Part shown: piece after piece, positions 11,278-23,256 of the stretch
Position numbering within the stretch: the first letter of the stretch is position 1
How the letters are laid out: the number at the start of each line of letters is the position of its first letter
Origin: an uncultured Alphaproteobacteria bacterium
GTDB lineage: Bacteria > Pseudomonadota > Alphaproteobacteria > RF32 > CAG-239
Assembly: GCA_934276635.1 (NCBI GenBank)
Contig: CAKQTH010000003.1
Span: 3,063-67,062 of the forward strand
Direction: 5' to 3'
Length of the DNA stretch: 64,000 nt
Program-made: the position numbers and the translations under genes
Notes under the pieces: generated by a model
What the model was told of the DNA's origin: nothing
The model's input: the letters and a program-made list of their open reading frames with translations, nothing else
Databases searched by the model: none

Positions 11278-12627
11278 TTATTTTCTCTTTTTATTCACCA
11301 ATGCGGCTTTTTTCAAGAGGCCTTCATATTGATAAGCAATAAGGTGTGACTGAATCTGGCTTACAAAATCCATTGTTACCTGAACAACGATGAGCAGTGT
11401 CGTTCCGCCCAAAACAAACGGAATAGACAGTTTGTAAATCAAAATTTCAGGCAAAATACACAATGCAACCAAATATATTGCGCCAATAACGGTCAATCTG
11501 GTGATTACATAATCCAAATATTCCGCCGTATTTTTACCCGGACGGATACCCGCAATAAAACCACCGTGTTTTTTCAGATTTTCTGCAGTTTCTTCCGGAT
11601 TGAAAACAACCGCAGTATAGAAAAACGCAAAAAACGCAATCAAAAACGCATACAGGCAGAGATACAGCGGCTGGCCGTGTCCGAGCCACATACTTATGGT
11701 CTGAACCCAGGACGGGCCGTTTTCAGCCGACATATTTGCAATCGTAATCGGCAACAACAAAAGCGATGATGCAAAAATCGGAGGAATAACGCCGGTCGGG
11801 TTAATCTTGAGCGGCAAATGCGAACTTTCCGCAGAAGTAATGCGCATACCGATCTGACGCTTCGGATACTGAATTGTAATCTTTCTGGCTGCTCTTTCTA
11901 CCAAAACAATGATATAAATCAAAGCCAATACCATAAATACCAACGATGCCAACACAATCGGAGACAATGTTCCGACTCGTCCCAACTCAAAAGTATGGAG
12001 CAAAGCAGCCGGAATATTGGCAATAATACCAACCGTGATTATCAGCGACGAGCCGTTGCCGACACCGCGCGATGTAATCTGGTCGCCGAGCCAAACGATA
12101 AACATTGTACCGCCGACAAGCGAAACAATCGTTGTAAATTTGAACACAAAACCCGGGGTTACAACCGCAGACATACCGGCAGAACCGGTCAAGCCTTCAA
12201 GACCGACGGCAATTCCGTATCCCTGAATGATTGTAATCAAAACCGTCAACATTTTTGTGTAGTGAACCATTTTGCGATGACCGGCCTCACCTTCTTTTTT
12301 CAGTGCTCCGAGCGACGGAATTACGGATTGTCCGAGTTGCAAAATGATTGATGCCGAAATATATGGCATAATGTTTAGGGCAAAAATGGTCATACGCTCA
12401 AGCGCACCGCCTGAAAACATATTAAACATTCCCAAGATTCCGCTTGAATTGCGCGAAAAGATATCCGCCAAAATATGCGGATCAATCCCCGGCAGCGGAA
12501 TAAATGTGCCAAGGCGAAAAACTATCAGAGCCAAGACCGTAAACCACAGTCTTTTCTTCAATTCATCGGCCTTGCTGAAAGACGACACATCAATATTTGC
12601 CGCCATTTTTTCTGCTAAAGATACCAT
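11278..12627 (-). CDS. secY: Preprotein translocase subunit SecY
   Basis: 449 aa polytopic membrane protein following rplO; typical SecY N-terminus (…ELKKRLWFTVLALIVFRLGTFIPLPGID…). Confidence 0.96.
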   Translation of the reverse strand: MVSLAEKMAANIDVSSFSKADELKKRLWFTVLALIVFRLGTFIPLPGIDPHILADIFSRNSSGILGMFNMFSGGALERMTIFALNIMPYISASIILQLGQSVIPSLGALKKEGEAGHRKMVHYTKMLTVLITIIQGYGIAVGLEGLTGSAGMSAVVTPGFVFKFTTIVSLVGGTMFIVWLGDQITSRGVGNGSSLIITVGIIANIPAALLHTFELGRVGTLSPIVLASLVFMVLALIYIIVLVERAARKITIQYPKRQIGMRITSAESSHLPLKINPTGVIPPIFASSLLLLPITIANMSAENGPSWVQTISMWLGHGQPLYLCLYAFLIAFFAFFYTAVVFNPEETAENLKKHGGFIAGIRPGKNTAEYLDYVITRLTVIGAIYLVALCILPEILIYKLSIPFVLGGTTLLIVVQVTMDFVSQIQSHLIAYQYEGLLKKAALVNKKRK

Positions 12628-12707
12628 ATTTTCATTCCCTGTTTATATTAAAAAAGGACAGAATGAGTTGGCACACAGGCACAATCACTCCGTCCATAAA
12701 AATTTAT

Positions 12708-13163
12708 TTAAGCTACGATATTTACTTTACCGCCTGCTTTTTCAACAGCCGCAACAGCTGCTTTAGAAGCAGAGTTTACAGAAATCGTAATGCTTGAAGT
12801 TACTGCACCGCGTGCGAGCAGACGAACGCCGTCCAACTTCTTGCTGACAAGACCTGTTTCCAAAAGTTTTGCAACATCGATTGAAGCAGCATCAAGCTTG
12901 CCGGCATCAACAGCCTTCTGGATTGTGTCCAGATTTACAACAGCATAGTGCAAAGCAAAATGATTCTTAAATCCATGCTTCGGCAATCTGCGGTAAATAG
13001 GCATCTGACCGCCTTCAAAACCTTTGATTGCAACACCGGAACGAGCCTTCTGACCCTTTTGACCACGGCTTGAAGTTTTACCTTTGCCGCTACCGATACC
13101 GCGACCAACACGGGTTCTTGCCTGTCTGGCGCCTTCATTATCTCTTAATTCATTAAGTTTCAT
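12708..13163 (-). CDS. rplO: 50S ribosomal protein L15
   Basis: 151 aa, [43 protein letters not shown]. Confidence 0.96.
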   Translation of the reverse strand: MKLNELRDNEGARQARTRVGRGIGSGKGKTSSRGQKGQKARSGVAIKGFEGGQMPIYRRLPKHGFKNHFALHYAVVNLDTIQKAVDAGKLDAASIDVAKLLETGLVSKKLDGVRLLARGAVTSSITISVNSASKAAVAAVEKAGGKVNIVA

Positions 13164-13271
13164 TATCTTTATTCCTTAACTTATCTTATTACTCTACAAA
13201 CAAAAGTCGTTCTTAAGAACTTGTCGGAGAGGGCTGCCGCCGTTTAAGGCTGCGCGCCCTTCCTCAAAGCT

Positions 13272-13454
13272 CTATTCTTCAACTTTTACCAGATGAGCAA
13301 CTTTCTTAATCATACCTCTGACCGAAGGAGTATCGTTCAAAACAGACACTCTGCCCATTTTGTTAAGACCTAAGCCGATCAATGTGGCTCTTTGGTCTTT
13401 CGGACGACCGATAGGGCTGGCAATTTGAGTAACTTTAATTGTCTTGTTTGCCAT
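13272..13454 (-). CDS. rpmD: 50S ribosomal protein L30
   Basis: 60 aa, …[29 protein letters not shown]…; operon position. Confidence 0.93.
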   Translation of the reverse strand: MANKTIKVTQIASPIGRPKDQRATLIGLGLNKMGRVSVLNDTPSVRGMIKKVAHLVKVEE

Positions 13455-13456
13455 TT

Positions 13457-14023
13457 TTATGCCTCCTCAGCTGAAAGTTTGACATTAGAAGTGTTCTCAC
13501 GGCGGGAAACGATGTCGCCAACTTTTTTGCCGCGTTTTGCTGCAACCATTCTCGGAGAATTAATTGCCTGCAATGCTGCAAAAGTTGCCTTAATCATATT
13601 ATACGGGTTGTTAGAGCCCAAAGATTTTGCAACAACATCTTGAACGCCCAAAACTTCAAACACTGCACGCATCGGGCCGCCAGCAATAACACCGGTACCG
13701 GCAGGAGCTGTTCTCAGAACAACTTTTCCTGCGCCGAAACGACCTTCAACATCGTGGTGCAAAGTTCTGCCCTCGCGCAGAGGAATGCGAACCATATTCT
13801 TCTTTGCTTCGTTCGTAGCTTTTACGATAGCGTCCGGGACTTCGGTAGCTTTGCCTGAACCGTATCCTACGCGGCCTTTCTGGTCACCTACGACAACGAT
13901 TGCGGCAAAAGACATTGTGCGTCCGCCTTTAACGGTTTTTGCTACGCGGTTAACGAATACCAGTTTTTCAACCAGTTCTTCTTTCTTTTCTGCTTTATTG
14001 CGATTATCTACAGCTTGTGCCAT
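13457..14023 (-). CDS. rpsE: 30S ribosomal protein S5
   Basis: 188 aa, …[26 protein letters not shown]…. Confidence 0.96.
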   Translation of the reverse strand: MAQAVDNRNKAEKKEELVEKLVFVNRVAKTVKGGRTMSFAAIVVVGDQKGRVGYGSGKATEVPDAIVKATNEAKKNMVRIPLREGRTLHHDVEGRFGAGKVVLRTAPAGTGVIAGGPMRAVFEVLGVQDVVAKSLGSNNPYNMIKATFAALQAINSPRMVAAKRGKKVGDIVSRRENTSNVKLSAEEA

Positions 14024-14034
14024 TTCATAAACTC

Positions 14035-14397
14035 CTAGAATTTCAATCCGGCTTCACGAGCTGCTTCAGCCAAAGCTTTTACGCGTCCGTGATAAATATA
14101 TCCGCCGCGATCAAAGACAACTTCTTTAACGCCTGACTTGAGGGCTCTTTCTGCCACAATTTTACCAATGAAGCTTGCAGCCTCAACCGTAGATGCTTTC
14201 TTAACATTATCTCTTACTTCTTTATCCAATGTAGAAGCAGAAACAACTGTACAGCCTTTTGCATCGTCAATAACTTGCGCATAGATATGCTGGCTGCTGC
14301 GGAACACAGACAATCTCATTTTGCCGTTTGCAGCTGCTTTTAATGCTGTTCTAACGCGCGCTTTTCTTTTTTCGAACAATTTCTTTGGTGTATTCAT
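14035..14397 (-). CDS. rplR: 50S ribosomal protein L18
   Basis: 120 aa, …[18 protein letters not shown]…[27 protein letters not shown]. Confidence 0.96.
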   Translation of the reverse strand: MNTPKKLFEKRKARVRTALKAAANGKMRLSVFRSSQHIYAQVIDDAKGCTVVSASTLDKEVRDNVKKASTVEAASFIGKIVAERALKSGVKEVVFDRGGYIYHGRVKALAEAAREAGLKF

Positions 14398-14409
14398 CAG
14401 AACTATTCC

Positions 14410-14949
14410 TTATTTCTTTTTGCCTTCTTTACGACGGATGTATTCGCCGACATACTTCACACCTTTACCTTTATACGGTTCAGGTTTTCTGTATTTACGA
14501 ACTTCTGCCGCAATCTGGCCAACCAATTGTTTATCAACACCAGAAATATTGATTTGCGTAGGTGTTTCGCAAGCAATCTTAATTCCTTCCGGAGCCTCAA
14601 AAATTACATCATGAGAAAATCCCAAAGAAAGTACGAGTTTGCGAGTCCCTTCAACGCGTGCCTTATATCCGACACCAACCAACTCTAACTGTTTGCTAAA
14701 GCCCTGGCTAACTCCCTTAACGATAGAGTTAATCTGAGCTCTTGTTGTTCCCCACAAAGCGCGAGCCTGTTTGCTCTCAGAAATCGGGGTAACAACTACT
14801 TTGTTGTCTTCCAACTTTGTCGCAATATGACTGTCGTCAAATGTAAAGCTCAACTCACCGAGTTTGCCTTTTGCGCGTACAACATTGTTTTCAATGCTGA
14901 CCGTTACATCAGAAGGAACAATTACAGGATATTTTCCAACTCTTGACAT
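14410..14949 (-). CDS. rplF: 50S ribosomal protein L6
   Basis: 179 aa, MSRVGKYPVIVPSDVTV…; operon position. Confidence 0.96.
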   Translation of the reverse strand: MSRVGKYPVIVPSDVTVSIENNVVRAKGKLGELSFTFDDSHIATKLEDNKVVVTPISESKQARALWGTTRAQINSIVKGVSQGFSKQLELVGVGYKARVEGTRKLVLSLGFSHDVIFEAPEGIKIACETPTQINISGVDKQLVGQIAAEVRKYRKPEPYKGKGVKYVGEYIRRKEGKKK

Positions 14950-14961
14950 TGTATTTCCTCC

Positions 14962-15360
14962 TTAGAACACTTGACACAATACTTCACCGCCGACATTTGC
15001 GGAACGGGCTTCGTGGTCGCTCATAACACCGCGCGGTGTAGAGATAATCGAAATACCCAATCCGTTATATACTCTCGGCAAATCGCGTACATTTGAATAT
15101 ACACGACGACCCGGAGTCGAAACGCGGTAAATTTCTGTTATTACGGCAGTACCTTCATGGTACTTCAATTTAATCAGAAGTTCATCAACTCCCGGCTTAA
15201 CATTGCGTTTTTCATATCCGGCAATGTAGCCTTCTCTTTTGAGAACTTCGAGTACATTTTCACGCAAGCGAGATGCAGGTGATACAACATCACTCTTCTT
15301 CGCTCTTTGTGCGTTTCTAATGCGTGTGAGCATATCGCCCAAAGGATCTGACATAGACAT
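14962..15360 (-). CDS. rpsH: 30S ribosomal protein S8
   Basis: 132 aa, [20 protein letters not shown]…. Confidence 0.96.
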   Translation of the reverse strand: MSMSDPLGDMLTRIRNAQRAKKSDVVSPASRLRENVLEVLKREGYIAGYEKRNVKPGVDELLIKLKYHEGTAVITEIYRVSTPGRRVYSNVRDLPRVYNGLGISIISTPRGVMSDHEARSANVGGEVLCQVF

Positions 15361-15372
15361 GATCTTAATCTC

Positions 15373-15678
15373 CTACCAGCTTGATTTTACCAATCCCGGA
15401 ATCTCGCCGAAGCTAGCCATCTTTCTCAACTCTACACGAGCCAAGCCGAATTTCCGGTAAACACCACGCGAACGACCCGTAACCTTACAACGGTTTCTTA
15501 CTCTAACCTTTGAAGAGTTACGCGGCAATTCAGCCAATTTTAAACTTGCCAAGAATCTTTCTTCAGGAGCAACTGATTTATCCTTAACAATGTTAGAGAG
15601 TTTCTGACGGCGATTAGCATACTTCTCAACCATCTTTGCTCTTTTCAAGTTTCTATATACTGAACTTGTTTTTGCCAT
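15373..15678 (-). CDS. rpsN: 30S ribosomal protein S14 (long, 101-aa form)
   Basis: …RVRNRCKVTGRSRGVYRKFGLARVELRKMASFGEIPGLVKSSW. Confidence 0.96.
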   Translation of the reverse strand: MAKTSSVYRNLKRAKMVEKYANRRQKLSNIVKDKSVAPEERFLASLKLAELPRNSSKVRVRNRCKVTGRSRGVYRKFGLARVELRKMASFGEIPGLVKSSW

Positions 15679-15692
15679 AGTAAAATCTCCGC

Positions 15693-16232
15693 CTATTTCT
15701 TATAAGGTAAATTAAAACCGGTCAGAAGAAGTTTTGCTTCTTCATCAGATTTTGCCGTTGTACAAATAACAACATCAAGACCTCTGACATCTTCTACTTT
15801 TTCATAGTTAATTTCAGGGAAAATGATTTGTTCCTTAATTCCGAAAGCGAAGTTTCCTTTGCCGTCAAAATTTTTGCCGGTAATACCGTGGAAGTCTCTG
15901 ATTCTCGGCAATGCCATATTAACAAGGCGCTCCAAAAATTCATACATTCTGTCCGAACGCAAAGTTACCTTTGCGCCAATCGGCATACCTTCTCTGAGCT
16001 TAAAGGTAGCAATGGATTTTCTTGCTTTTGTAGCAACCGGCTTCTGGCCTGCAATCAAAGCGAGCTCTTCCAATGCGTTGTTCAGCTTCTTTTTGTCTGT
16101 AACAGCGTCGCCGACGCCCATGTTCAAGACAATTTTAGTCAACTTAGGAATCTCGTGTGGGTTGGTGTAACCGAATTTTTCCACCAGAGCTTTCTTAATG
16201 ACTTCATTATACAATTTTTCAAAATTTGTCAT
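15693..16232 (-). CDS. rplE: 50S ribosomal protein L5
   Basis: 179 aa, …[16 protein letters not shown]…; operon position. Confidence 0.96.
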   Translation of the reverse strand: MTNFEKLYNEVIKKALVEKFGYTNPHEIPKLTKIVLNMGVGDAVTDKKKLNNALEELALIAGQKPVATKARKSIATFKLREGMPIGAKVTLRSDRMYEFLERLVNMALPRIRDFHGITGKNFDGKGNFAFGIKEQIIFPEINYEKVEDVRGLDVVICTTAKSDEEAKLLLTGFNLPYKK

Positions 16233-16249
16233 AAGTATTTCCTCTTATC

Positions 16250-16564
16250 TTAATCGATTACTTCACCGGATTTACGAGCCACGCGTACCTTTTTGCCGTC
16301 TTTAACGGTGTAGCCGACTTTAGAAGGTTTGCCTTCTGCGGTCATAACAGCTACTTTGCTGACTGCAATCGGAGCTTCTTTTGTAATAATGCCGCCTGCA
16401 TTTGCCTGTGACGGTTTGGTATGTCTTTTAACCAAATTTACGCCACGAACAACAACTTTGCTTTCTTTCGGCATAGCTTTTATTACTTCACCTTTTTTAC
16501 CTTTGTCGTCGCCTGACAACACGATAACCTGGTCGCCCTTTTTAATTTTCATTTTAAGGTTCAT
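16250..16564 (-). CDS. rplX: 50S ribosomal protein L24
   Basis: 104 aa, …[22 protein letters not shown]…. Confidence 0.95.
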   Translation of the reverse strand: MNLKMKIKKGDQVIVLSGDDKGKKGEVIKAMPKESKVVVRGVNLVKRHTKPSQANAGGIITKEAPIAVSKVAVMTAEGKPSKVGYTVKDGKKVRVARKSGEVID

Positions 16565-16932
16565 TACAATACCTCCGGTGCTAACGAAATGATTTTCATA
16601 AATTTCTTCGCACGCAATTCTCTGGTAACAGGGCCGAAAATACGAGTACCGATTGGTTCTCCGTCCTTGTTAATCAGAACTGCGGCATTGCTGTCAAAAC
16701 GAATCACCGATCCGTCTTTTCTTCTGATGTCGCTTGCTGTACGAACGATAACTGCTTTATGGACATCGCCCTTCTTAACACGACCTTTAGGCATTGCGTC
16801 TTTAATCGAGACTACAATAACATCACCTACGGAAGCATGCATTCTCTTGGAACCTCCAAGAACTTTAATGCACTGCACCTGACGTGCTCCTGAATTATCT
16901 GCAACATCCAGGTTGGTTTGCATCTGTATCAT
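16564..16932 (-). CDS. rplN: 50S ribosomal protein L14
   Basis: 122 aa, [28 protein letters not shown]…. Confidence 0.97.
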   Translation of the reverse strand: MIQMQTNLDVADNSGARQVQCIKVLGGSKRMHASVGDVIVVSIKDAMPKGRVKKGDVHKAVIVRTASDIRRKDGSVIRFDSNAAVLINKDGEPIGTRIFGPVTRELRAKKFMKIISLAPEVL

Positions 16933-16950
16933 TTTTCAATTCCTTCTTTT

Positions 16951-17187
16951 CTAGGCATTATCTGTCAATACAGTCCAACATTTTGTCTTTGAATAAGGTT
17001 TTGATTCAATAATCGAAACTTTATCGCCGACTTTGAACTGGTTGTTTTCATCGTGAGCGGCAAACTTTTTGCTCTTTTTCACGATTTTGTTGTAAACAGG
17101 GTGTTTAACCTGACGCTCTACGCTGACTACGACGGTTTTGTCCTGTTTATCACTAACTACAACACCTTGAAGAATTCTTTTAGGCAT
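16951..17187 (-). CDS. rpsQ: 30S ribosomal protein S17
   Basis: 78 aa, [34 protein letters not shown]…. Confidence 0.95.
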   Translation of the reverse strand: MPKRILQGVVVSDKQDKTVVVSVERQVKHPVYNKIVKKSKKFAAHDENNQFKVGDKVSIIESKPYSKTKCWTVLTDNA

Positions 17188-17197
17188 ATCTTTTCTC

Positions 17198-17395
17198 CTA
17201 ACTATTCTTCTTACGCTCTGTTATAAGCGTATTGATTTTTGCGATTTCACGACGAACTTTTCTGACGCTCGCGGTGTTTTGCAACTGGCCAGTAGACTTT
17301 TGAACTCTCAAATTGAACTGTTCTTTTTTGTCTTCTACCAATTTGCTTTCAAGCTCATCTAAGCTCATAGCGCGCAAATCTTTTGTTTTTACCAT
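17198..17395 (-). CDS. rpmC: 50S ribosomal protein L29
   Basis: 65 aa, …[26 protein letters not shown]…; operon position. Confidence 0.93.
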   Translation of the reverse strand: MVKTKDLRAMSLDELESKLVEDKKEQFNLRVQKSTGQLQNTASVRKVRREIAKINTLITERKKNS

Positions 17396-17823
17396 TATGC
17401 TTCTCCCTTATCAGAATTCAAGCGTTTTACAAACTTGGTCTTAATCGGAAGCTTTGCTGCTCCGAGAGCCAGTGCTGAACGAGCCAGTTCTTCATCGATA
17501 CCTTCGAGTTCGAACATAATACGGCCCGGCTTAACTCTTGCGCACCAGTATTCAACAGAGCCTTTACCTTTACCCATACGGACTTCGGCAGGTTTGTCTG
17601 ATACCGGAACATCAGGGAATATTCTAATCCAGATCTGACCGATTCTTTTCATCTCACGGGTAATCGCGCGACGAGCAGCCTCGATTTGACGAGCTGTAAT
17701 ACGATCAGGTGTAAGAGCCTTCAATCCGTAAGAACCGAAGCTCAATTCCGAACCGCCCTTAGCCAAACCGTGAATACGGCCTTTATGCTGTTTGCGGAAC
17801 TTTAAACGTTTTGGACTTAACAT
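17395..17823 (-). CDS. rplP: 50S ribosomal protein L16
   Basis: 142 aa, [19 protein letters not shown]…. Confidence 0.97.
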   Translation of the reverse strand: MLSPKRLKFRKQHKGRIHGLAKGGSELSFGSYGLKALTPDRITARQIEAARRAITREMKRIGQIWIRIFPDVPVSDKPAEVRMGKGKGSVEYWCARVKPGRIMFELEGIDEELARSALALGAAKLPIKTKFVKRLNSDKGEA

Positions 17824-17837
17824 CTTCTCTTATTCCT

Positions 17838-18506
17838 TTATTTCTGCGCAGCCAACTTTTTGTCTTGTGCCATCGGATCATGAGCCATAATATCGCCCTT
17901 ATAAATCCATACTTTAACACCACAAGCACCATAAGTTGTGTGAGCGGTTGATGTTGCATAGTCAATATCTGCACGCAATGTGTGCAACGGAACTCTGCCT
18001 TCACGATAATATTCGGTTCTGGCAATTTCTGCTCCGCCCAAACGACCGCTGCAGCATACCTTAATGCCTTCTGCACCCAAACGGAGAGCAGACTGCATAA
18101 CTCTCTTCATTGCGCGGCGGAATGCAACACGGCGTTCCAACTGCTGCGCAACACTGTCGGCAACCAACTGTGCATCAAGTTCAGGTTTTCTGACTTCAAG
18201 AATATTAAGCTGAACTTCAGAAGAAGTCAACTTTTGAATATCTTTTCTCAAAAATTCGATATCCTGACCTTTTTTGCCGATTACAACACCCGGTCTTGCA
18301 GAGTGAATTGTAACTCTGGCTTTTTTTGCAGGGCGTTCGATAACAATCTTGCTAACACCGGCCTGCGCCAACTTTTCTTTCAAAAATTGTTTAATTTTCA
18401 AATCTTCGTGCAGATAATCCGTAAACTTGTCATCAGCATACCAGCGGGAGTCCCAAGTGCGGTTTACACCCAAACGAAGGCTTGTAGGATTTACTTTCTG
18501 TCCCAT
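17838..18506 (-). CDS. rpsC: 30S ribosomal protein S3
   Basis: 222 aa, [24 protein letters not shown]…. Confidence 0.97.
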   Translation of the reverse strand: MGQKVNPTSLRLGVNRTWDSRWYADDKFTDYLHEDLKIKQFLKEKLAQAGVSKIVIERPAKKARVTIHSARPGVVIGKKGQDIEFLRKDIQKLTSSEVQLNILEVRKPELDAQLVADSVAQQLERRVAFRRAMKRVMQSALRLGAEGIKVCCSGRLGGAEIARTEYYREGRVPLHTLRADIDYATSTAHTTYGACGVKVWIYKGDIMAHDPMAQDKKLAAQK

Positions 18507-18509
18507 TTC

Positions 18510-18863
18510 TTACTCCTCACGCTCTGCTACTATGACAGTAAGGTTTGAAAACGGTTTCAAAACTCTGGCGCTTCTGCCGCGGCCGCGAGCGTGTACGCGT
18601 TTCATAACCATACCTTTACCGACATATGCTTCACGAACATATAATTTATCAATATTCAATTGATGATTGTTCTCAGCGTTTGCAATTGCTGACTGCAAAA
18701 CACCCAAAGCAACCTTTGCGATTCTCTTCTTCGAAAAAGTGAGTTCTGCAACTGCTTTTTCTACTCCCAACCCTCTGATTGTCTGAGCAACCAGATTGAG
18801 TTTGCGCGGAGAAGTGCGAATCGAGTGGCAAATTGCCTTTACTGCTTTATTTTCTGCCATCAT
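18510..18863 (-). CDS. rplV: 50S ribosomal protein L22
   Basis: 117 aa, …[17 protein letters not shown]…; operon position. Confidence 0.95.
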   Translation of the reverse strand: MMAENKAVKAICHSIRTSPRKLNLVAQTIRGLGVEKAVAELTFSKKRIAKVALGVLQSAIANAENNHQLNIDKLYVREAYVGKGMVMKRVHARGRGRSARVLKPFSNLTVIVAEREE

Positions 18864-19141
18864 TAACCTCTCTTTGCTTTCTTGTCAGATGCGTGACCGT
18901 AAAATGTACGTGTCGGAGCAAATTCGCCGAACTTATGGCCGACCATATCCTCGGTAACCAATACCGGAATAAACTTGTGGCCGTTGTGCACGCCGAATGT
19001 CAGTCCGACAAACTGCGGCAGCATAGTAGAACGACGAGACCAGATTTTAATCACTTCATTACGGCTAGAAGCTCTAGCTTTCTCGGCTTTTTTCAGAAGA
19101 TAGCCATCCACAAAAGGGCCTTTCCATACGGAACGAGTCAT
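18863..19141 (-). CDS. rpsS: 30S ribosomal protein S19
   Basis: 92 aa, [18 protein letters not shown]…[13 protein letters not shown]. Confidence 0.97.
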   Translation of the reverse strand: MTRSVWKGPFVDGYLLKKAEKARASSRNEVIKIWSRRSTMLPQFVGLTFGVHNGHKFIPVLVTEDMVGHKFGEFAPTRTFYGHASDKKAKRG

Positions 19142-19153
19142 TAGCTTTTCTCC

Positions 19154-19990
19154 TTATTGTTTTTTGTTTTCATGACGAGATCTCATAATAAAGCGATCTG
19201 TCTTCTTGTTAGAACGAGTCTTAGCACCCTTAGTCGGTTTACCCCAAGGAGTTACCGGATGACGACCGCCCGAAGTACGACCTTCACCACCACCATGCGG
19301 GTGATCAACTGGGTTCATGGCAACACCGCGCGATACCGGACGGATACCCATCCAACGCGAACGACCTGCCTTACCAAGCGATTTATTTTGATTGTCCGGA
19401 TTAGAAACGGCACCGACAGTTGCCAAGCATTCTTCGCGAACGATTCTCAGTTCGCCCGAATTTAATTTCAACTGTGCATAGCCGGCATCTTTACCTACAA
19501 CCTGAGCATAACATCCGGCAGAACGAACCAACTGGCCGCCTTTGCCCGATTTGAGCTCAACATTGTGCACGATTGTTCCGACCGGCATATTTTTGAGAGG
19601 CATAGCATTACCCGGCTTAATATCAGCTTTTTCGGCAGATATAATCTTGTCACCGGCTTTCAATCTTTGCGGTGCCAGGATATAAGCCTTTTGACCGTCT
19701 TCATAACTAATTAAAGCGATGAAAGATGTACGGTTCGGGTCATATTCAATTCTCTCAACCGTTGCTTCGCAATCAAATTTATTGCGTTTAAAGTCGATGA
19801 TACGATATTTGCGTTTGTGTCCGCCACCGATTCTACGACTTGTAACATGTCCAAAATTATCACGCCCACCGGTCTTTGTAAGACCTTTTGTCAGTGTTTT
19901 TTCCGGTGCTCCTTTATAGAGCTCTGATCTGTCAACGATAATCAGCTGACGAAGTCCCGGAGATGTGGGCTTATATGTTTTCAAAGCCAT
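19154..19990 (-). CDS. rplB: 50S ribosomal protein L2
   Basis: 278 aa, …[26 protein letters not shown]…. Confidence 0.97.
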   Translation of the reverse strand: MALKTYKPTSPGLRQLIIVDRSELYKGAPEKTLTKGLTKTGGRDNFGHVTSRRIGGGHKRKYRIIDFKRNKFDCEATVERIEYDPNRTSFIALISYEDGQKAYILAPQRLKAGDKIISAEKADIKPGNAMPLKNMPVGTIVHNVELKSGKGGQLVRSAGCYAQVVGKDAGYAQLKLNSGELRIVREECLATVGAVSNPDNQNKSLGKAGRSRWMGIRPVSRGVAMNPVDHPHGGGEGRTSGGRHPVTPWGKPTKGAKTRSNKKTDRFIMRSRHENKKQ

Positions 19991-19993
19991 TTT

Positions 19994-20314
19994 CTAAATC
20001 CCTGTTGTTACATCAATATTTTGACCTTCGGCAAGAGTTACAAGAGCTTTCTTGTAATCAGAGCGTTCACCGAGATATCCCTTGAAACGCTTTGTTTTGC
20101 CAAACTGACGAATTGTATTCACCTTAGTTACTTTTACATTAAAGATTGTCTCAACGGCAACCTTAACTTCATCTTTTGTAGCGCAAAGCGGTACCATAAA
20201 TACAACTTTGCCTGCTTCAGAAGAAAGCATAGATTTTTCGGTGATTACTGGGCGAACTAATGTATCATACATTTTAGCAGTTGCATTGTTTGCTGTTTTT
20301 TTAGATTTTACCAT
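19994..20314 (-). CDS. rplW: 50S ribosomal protein L23
   Basis: 106 aa, …[21 protein letters not shown]…; operon position. Confidence 0.94.
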   Translation of the reverse strand: MVKSKKTANNATAKMYDTLVRPVITEKSMLSSEAGKVVFMVPLCATKDEVKVAVETIFNVKVTKVNTIRQFGKTKRFKGYLGERSDYKKALVTLAEGQNIDVTTGI

Positions 20315-20931
20315 TGTAATCTCTCCTCCAAGCAGCTTACTGCCTCTTTAGTCAACACTAATTTGTCTTTTCTTAAAATGTCATATACATTGGCACCGAT
20401 TGTCGGCAATACATCAACGCCTTCAATGTTGCGGGTTGCCAATGCGAAGTTTGCATCAACTTCCTTGCCATCAATAAACAAGCAGTTTTTCAATCCGCAA
20501 ACATTCAGTTTTGCAAGCAAATCCTTAGTTTTCGGAGCAGAAAGCTTTGCTTCGTCAATGATAACAAGATTTCCCTCTTTCGCTTTTGCGGAAAGAGCTG
20601 TTTTCAAACCGAGTTTTCTAAACTTTTTGGTCAATTCATGCGAATGATCACGAACAACCGGACCGAATACTACGCCGCCTTTTCTGAACTGAGTACCTTT
20701 TCTGGAACCCTGACGAGCATTGCCCGAACCTTTTTGCTTGAACGGTTTTGCCGGAGTCAAAGCAACATCGGAACGGCCTTTGGTCTGATGGTTGCCGGTC
20801 TGCAGTCTGGCCAACTGCCAGTTTACAACACGGTGCAAAATATCAGCGCGAACTTCCAATCCGAAAATCGAATCGTTCAGCTCAATTGTGCCGACATTTT
20901 TGTTATCTAAATTTAAGATGTCCTGTTTCAT
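20308..20931 (-). CDS. rplD: 50S ribosomal protein L4
   Basis: 207 aa, …[30 protein letters not shown]…. Confidence 0.96.
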   Translation of the reverse strand: MKQDILNLDNKNVGTIELNDSIFGLEVRADILHRVVNWQLARLQTGNHQTKGRSDVALTPAKPFKQKGSGNARQGSRKGTQFRKGGVVFGPVVRDHSHELTKKFRKLGLKTALSAKAKEGNLVIIDEAKLSAPKTKDLLAKLNVCGLKNCLFIDGKEVDANFALATRNIEGVDVLPTIGANVYDILRKDKLVLTKEAVSCLEERLQW

Positions 20932-20950
20932 AATTTTTTCCTTCTATCGA

Positions 20951-21679
20951 TTATGCATTCTCAGCCGGAGCTGCTTCTTCGGCTTTAACTGCCACAGGTT
21001 CATCAACTTTCTTCAATCCTGCTGGCATCGGAAGCTCAACAGATGAAGTTTTCTTAATAGCATCGGTGATGCGAACCCAAGAGTTTTCACTACCCGGAAC
21101 ACCGCCCTTAACCATAACAAGACCCTTGTCAGCATCAACGGCAACAACCTTAAGATTTTGAACGGTAACGCGTTCATCACCCATATGTCCGGCCATCTTT
21201 TTGCCCTTAAATACTTTACCTGGATCCTGTCTCTGACCGGTAGAACCGTGAGCACGGTGAGAAATAGATACACCGTGAGATGCTTCCAAACCGGCAAAGT
21301 TGTGGCGCTTCATAACACCGGCAAAACCTTTACCGATTGAAGTTCCGCAAACATCAACATACTGTCCGACAACAAAGTGATCCGCAGACAACTCATTGCC
21401 GACAGAAAGCAGGCAATCTTCAGAAACTCTGAATTCTGCCAATTTTTTCTTAGGTTCAACATTAGCTTTGGCAAAATGTCCCTTCAAAGGTTTGGACACA
21501 TTTTTGGCCTTAACGGCTCCCGTTCCGAGTTGAACGGCTGTATATCCATCTCTTTCAAGAGTCTTAACATCTACAACACTAAGACCATCTACTTTCAAAA
21601 CAGTAACCGGAACATGTGTTCCGTCTGCTTCAAAAATGCGAGACATCCCAAGCTTTTTTGCGATTAGACCCGTACGCAT
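20951..21679 (-). CDS. rplC: 50S ribosomal protein L3
   Basis: 242 aa, [28 protein letters not shown]…. Confidence 0.96.
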   Translation of the reverse strand: MRTGLIAKKLGMSRIFEADGTHVPVTVLKVDGLSVVDVKTLERDGYTAVQLGTGAVKAKNVSKPLKGHFAKANVEPKKKLAEFRVSEDCLLSVGNELSADHFVVGQYVDVCGTSIGKGFAGVMKRHNFAGLEASHGVSISHRAHGSTGQRQDPGKVFKGKKMAGHMGDERVTVQNLKVVAVDADKGLVMVKGGVPGSENSWVRITDAIKKTSSVELPMPAGLKKVDEPVAVKAEEAAPAENA

Positions 21680-21734
21680 TATTATTTTTCCTTTTCAATT
21701 GGTTGACAATGTCTTTCAACTGCCAACATTGTTT

Positions 21735-22046
21735 TTACAATTTGATCTCTACATTAACTCCGGCAGCCAAATCAAGCTTCATCAAAGCATCAACGGTCTG
21801 CGGTGTAGGATCGACTATATCCAAAAGTCTTTTGTGAGTCCTGATTTCGAACTGTTCGCGAGACTTTTTATCAACATGAGGAGAACGGTTTACCGTAAAC
21901 TTCTCAATTTTTGTGGGAAGAGGAATCGGCCCTCTTACATTTGCCCCTGTTCTTTTGGCTGTGTGAACAATCTCTTTTGTAGACAAATCGAGAAGTCTGT
22001 GGTCAAAAGCCTTGAGGCGAATTCTTATGTTTTGTGTATCCATCAT
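21735..22046 (-). CDS. rpsJ: 30S ribosomal protein S10
   Basis: 103 aa, …[21 protein letters not shown]…; first gene of the S10 block. Confidence 0.97.
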   Translation of the reverse strand: MMDTQNIRIRLKAFDHRLLDLSTKEIVHTAKRTGANVRGPIPLPTKIEKFTVNRSPHVDKKSREQFEIRTHKRLLDIVDPTPQTVDALMKLDLAAGVNVEIKL

Positions 22047-22353
22047 TTTAAATACTTTTCCCTATAACTAAACGGCAAAATACCTGTTATGGAACTCGCC
22101 ATTTACAATGTTAAATTCAATAAACCGATGAAAATTCAAAGGCTTACAATATGTTTATATTTTCAACACTAGAGAGTTTTCACCCTCTAAAACCAATATT
22201 GTGAGCCTCTTGTAACATATTTAGAGCCTCATTGCAAGCAAAAAATTCAAAAAAAATCATATTTTTTTCGACTCTATTTTTTTGTTTTTTATAAAGATTT
22301 TCTGCCCCTTTAATTTTTGTGTTTTTACTCATATATATCAGCCGTGAGGCAAT

Positions 22354-23256
22354 ATGTTATGGATTATAAACGGACTGATTTACGGCTTTTTTACAGCCCT
22401 TTATACCCTGTTTAACCAGCATTACAGGCTAAACGGCTATATTCTCGGCATCTGGCGGGGATTCGGCATCTGCTTGGTATGTCTTCCGGCGGTATTTTTT
22501 GCTCGGCCGCAAAGCAATGCCTATTATTGGATTTTGCTTATTGCTCAAGGACTTATGATAGGCATATACGATTCCAGACTGTTTTTTGCCTCGGCCGAAT
22601 ACGGTGCGGGAGCAACCTCTCGTTTTATGTCGATTGTGGCGCTTGTAACCACATTTATCTGGTGGCTGATAACCCCAGACGAATTTTTGCAGCTGCTCAA
22701 CAACGGCACGGTTTTTATAACCCTGCTCCTTGCGCTGTTCGGCTTTTCTTTTTGCTATTGGCAGATGGTTCAATCTCAGATTTCGCGGCGGATTGCGGTT
22801 TATGTACTGCCGGCGGTGTTTGCGCTTGCCGGAATGAGCATCATAACCAAAGCGATTGCTATGCACTCAAACAGCGTCTGGACGGCTTTGGCTTATTATC
22901 TGACCGTTTCAACCTTTATCAGCGGCACCTATAACGTAGCAATGTTTATTAAAACAGAAAAACCGTCGTTTGCCAAATTTTTCAAGCGTGTTTTTGCACC
23001 AAAAGTAATCAAAAGCGGATTTTATCTGGTTAGTTTCAGCTTGATGCTGATTACATCAAAAACACTGGCTCTGAGGGTTGCTCCGAATCCGGGATATGTG
23101 GTGGCTTTGCTGCTGGTTGCTCCGATTTTTGTTTTTGCGCTCAATCAATCGCACAAAATTCCGGACAACATCTCCGTCCGCGAAGGATTCGCAATGATAT
23201 TTTTTCTGGCGCTTCTGATGGTTCTCGTAAACGGAAAATTCGGCATTACCGATTAG
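22354..23256 (+). CDS. Polytopic inner-membrane protein, about 10 hydrophobic helices (DMT/EamA-like permease is my guess)
   Basis: 300 aa. I count ten hydrophobic segments of ~20 aa separated by short polar or basic loops. Family assignment not verified. Confidence 0.6.
   Translation: MLWIINGLIYGFFTALYTLFNQHYRLNGYILGIWRGFGICLVCLPAVFFARPQSNAYYWILLIAQGLMIGIYDSRLFFASAEYGAGATSRFMSIVALVTTFIWWLITPDEFLQLLNNGTVFITLLLALFGFSFCYWQMVQSQISRRIAVYVLPAVFALAGMSIITKAIAMHSNSVWTALAYYLTVSTFISGTYNVAMFIKTEKPSFAKFFKRVFAPKVIKSGFYLVSFSLMLITSKTLALRVAPNPGYVVALLLVAPIFVFALNQSHKIPDNISVREGFAMIFFLALLMVLVNGKFGITD

Noticed and set aside
22047-22353. S10-operon promoter and L4-type leader attenuator in the rpsJ upstream region
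   Set aside because: Several weak TTGNNN/-10-like pairs exist in this AT-rich 307-bp region, but none stands out. I could not identify a convincing leader hairpin by eye.
22354-23256. The 300-aa polytopic membrane protein as the missing VirB6
   Set aside because: It has about ten evenly spaced TM helices without the large periplasmic loop typical of VirB6/TrbL. It lies 13 kb from the operon on the opposite strand, next to housekeeping genes. It looks like a DMT-type permease.
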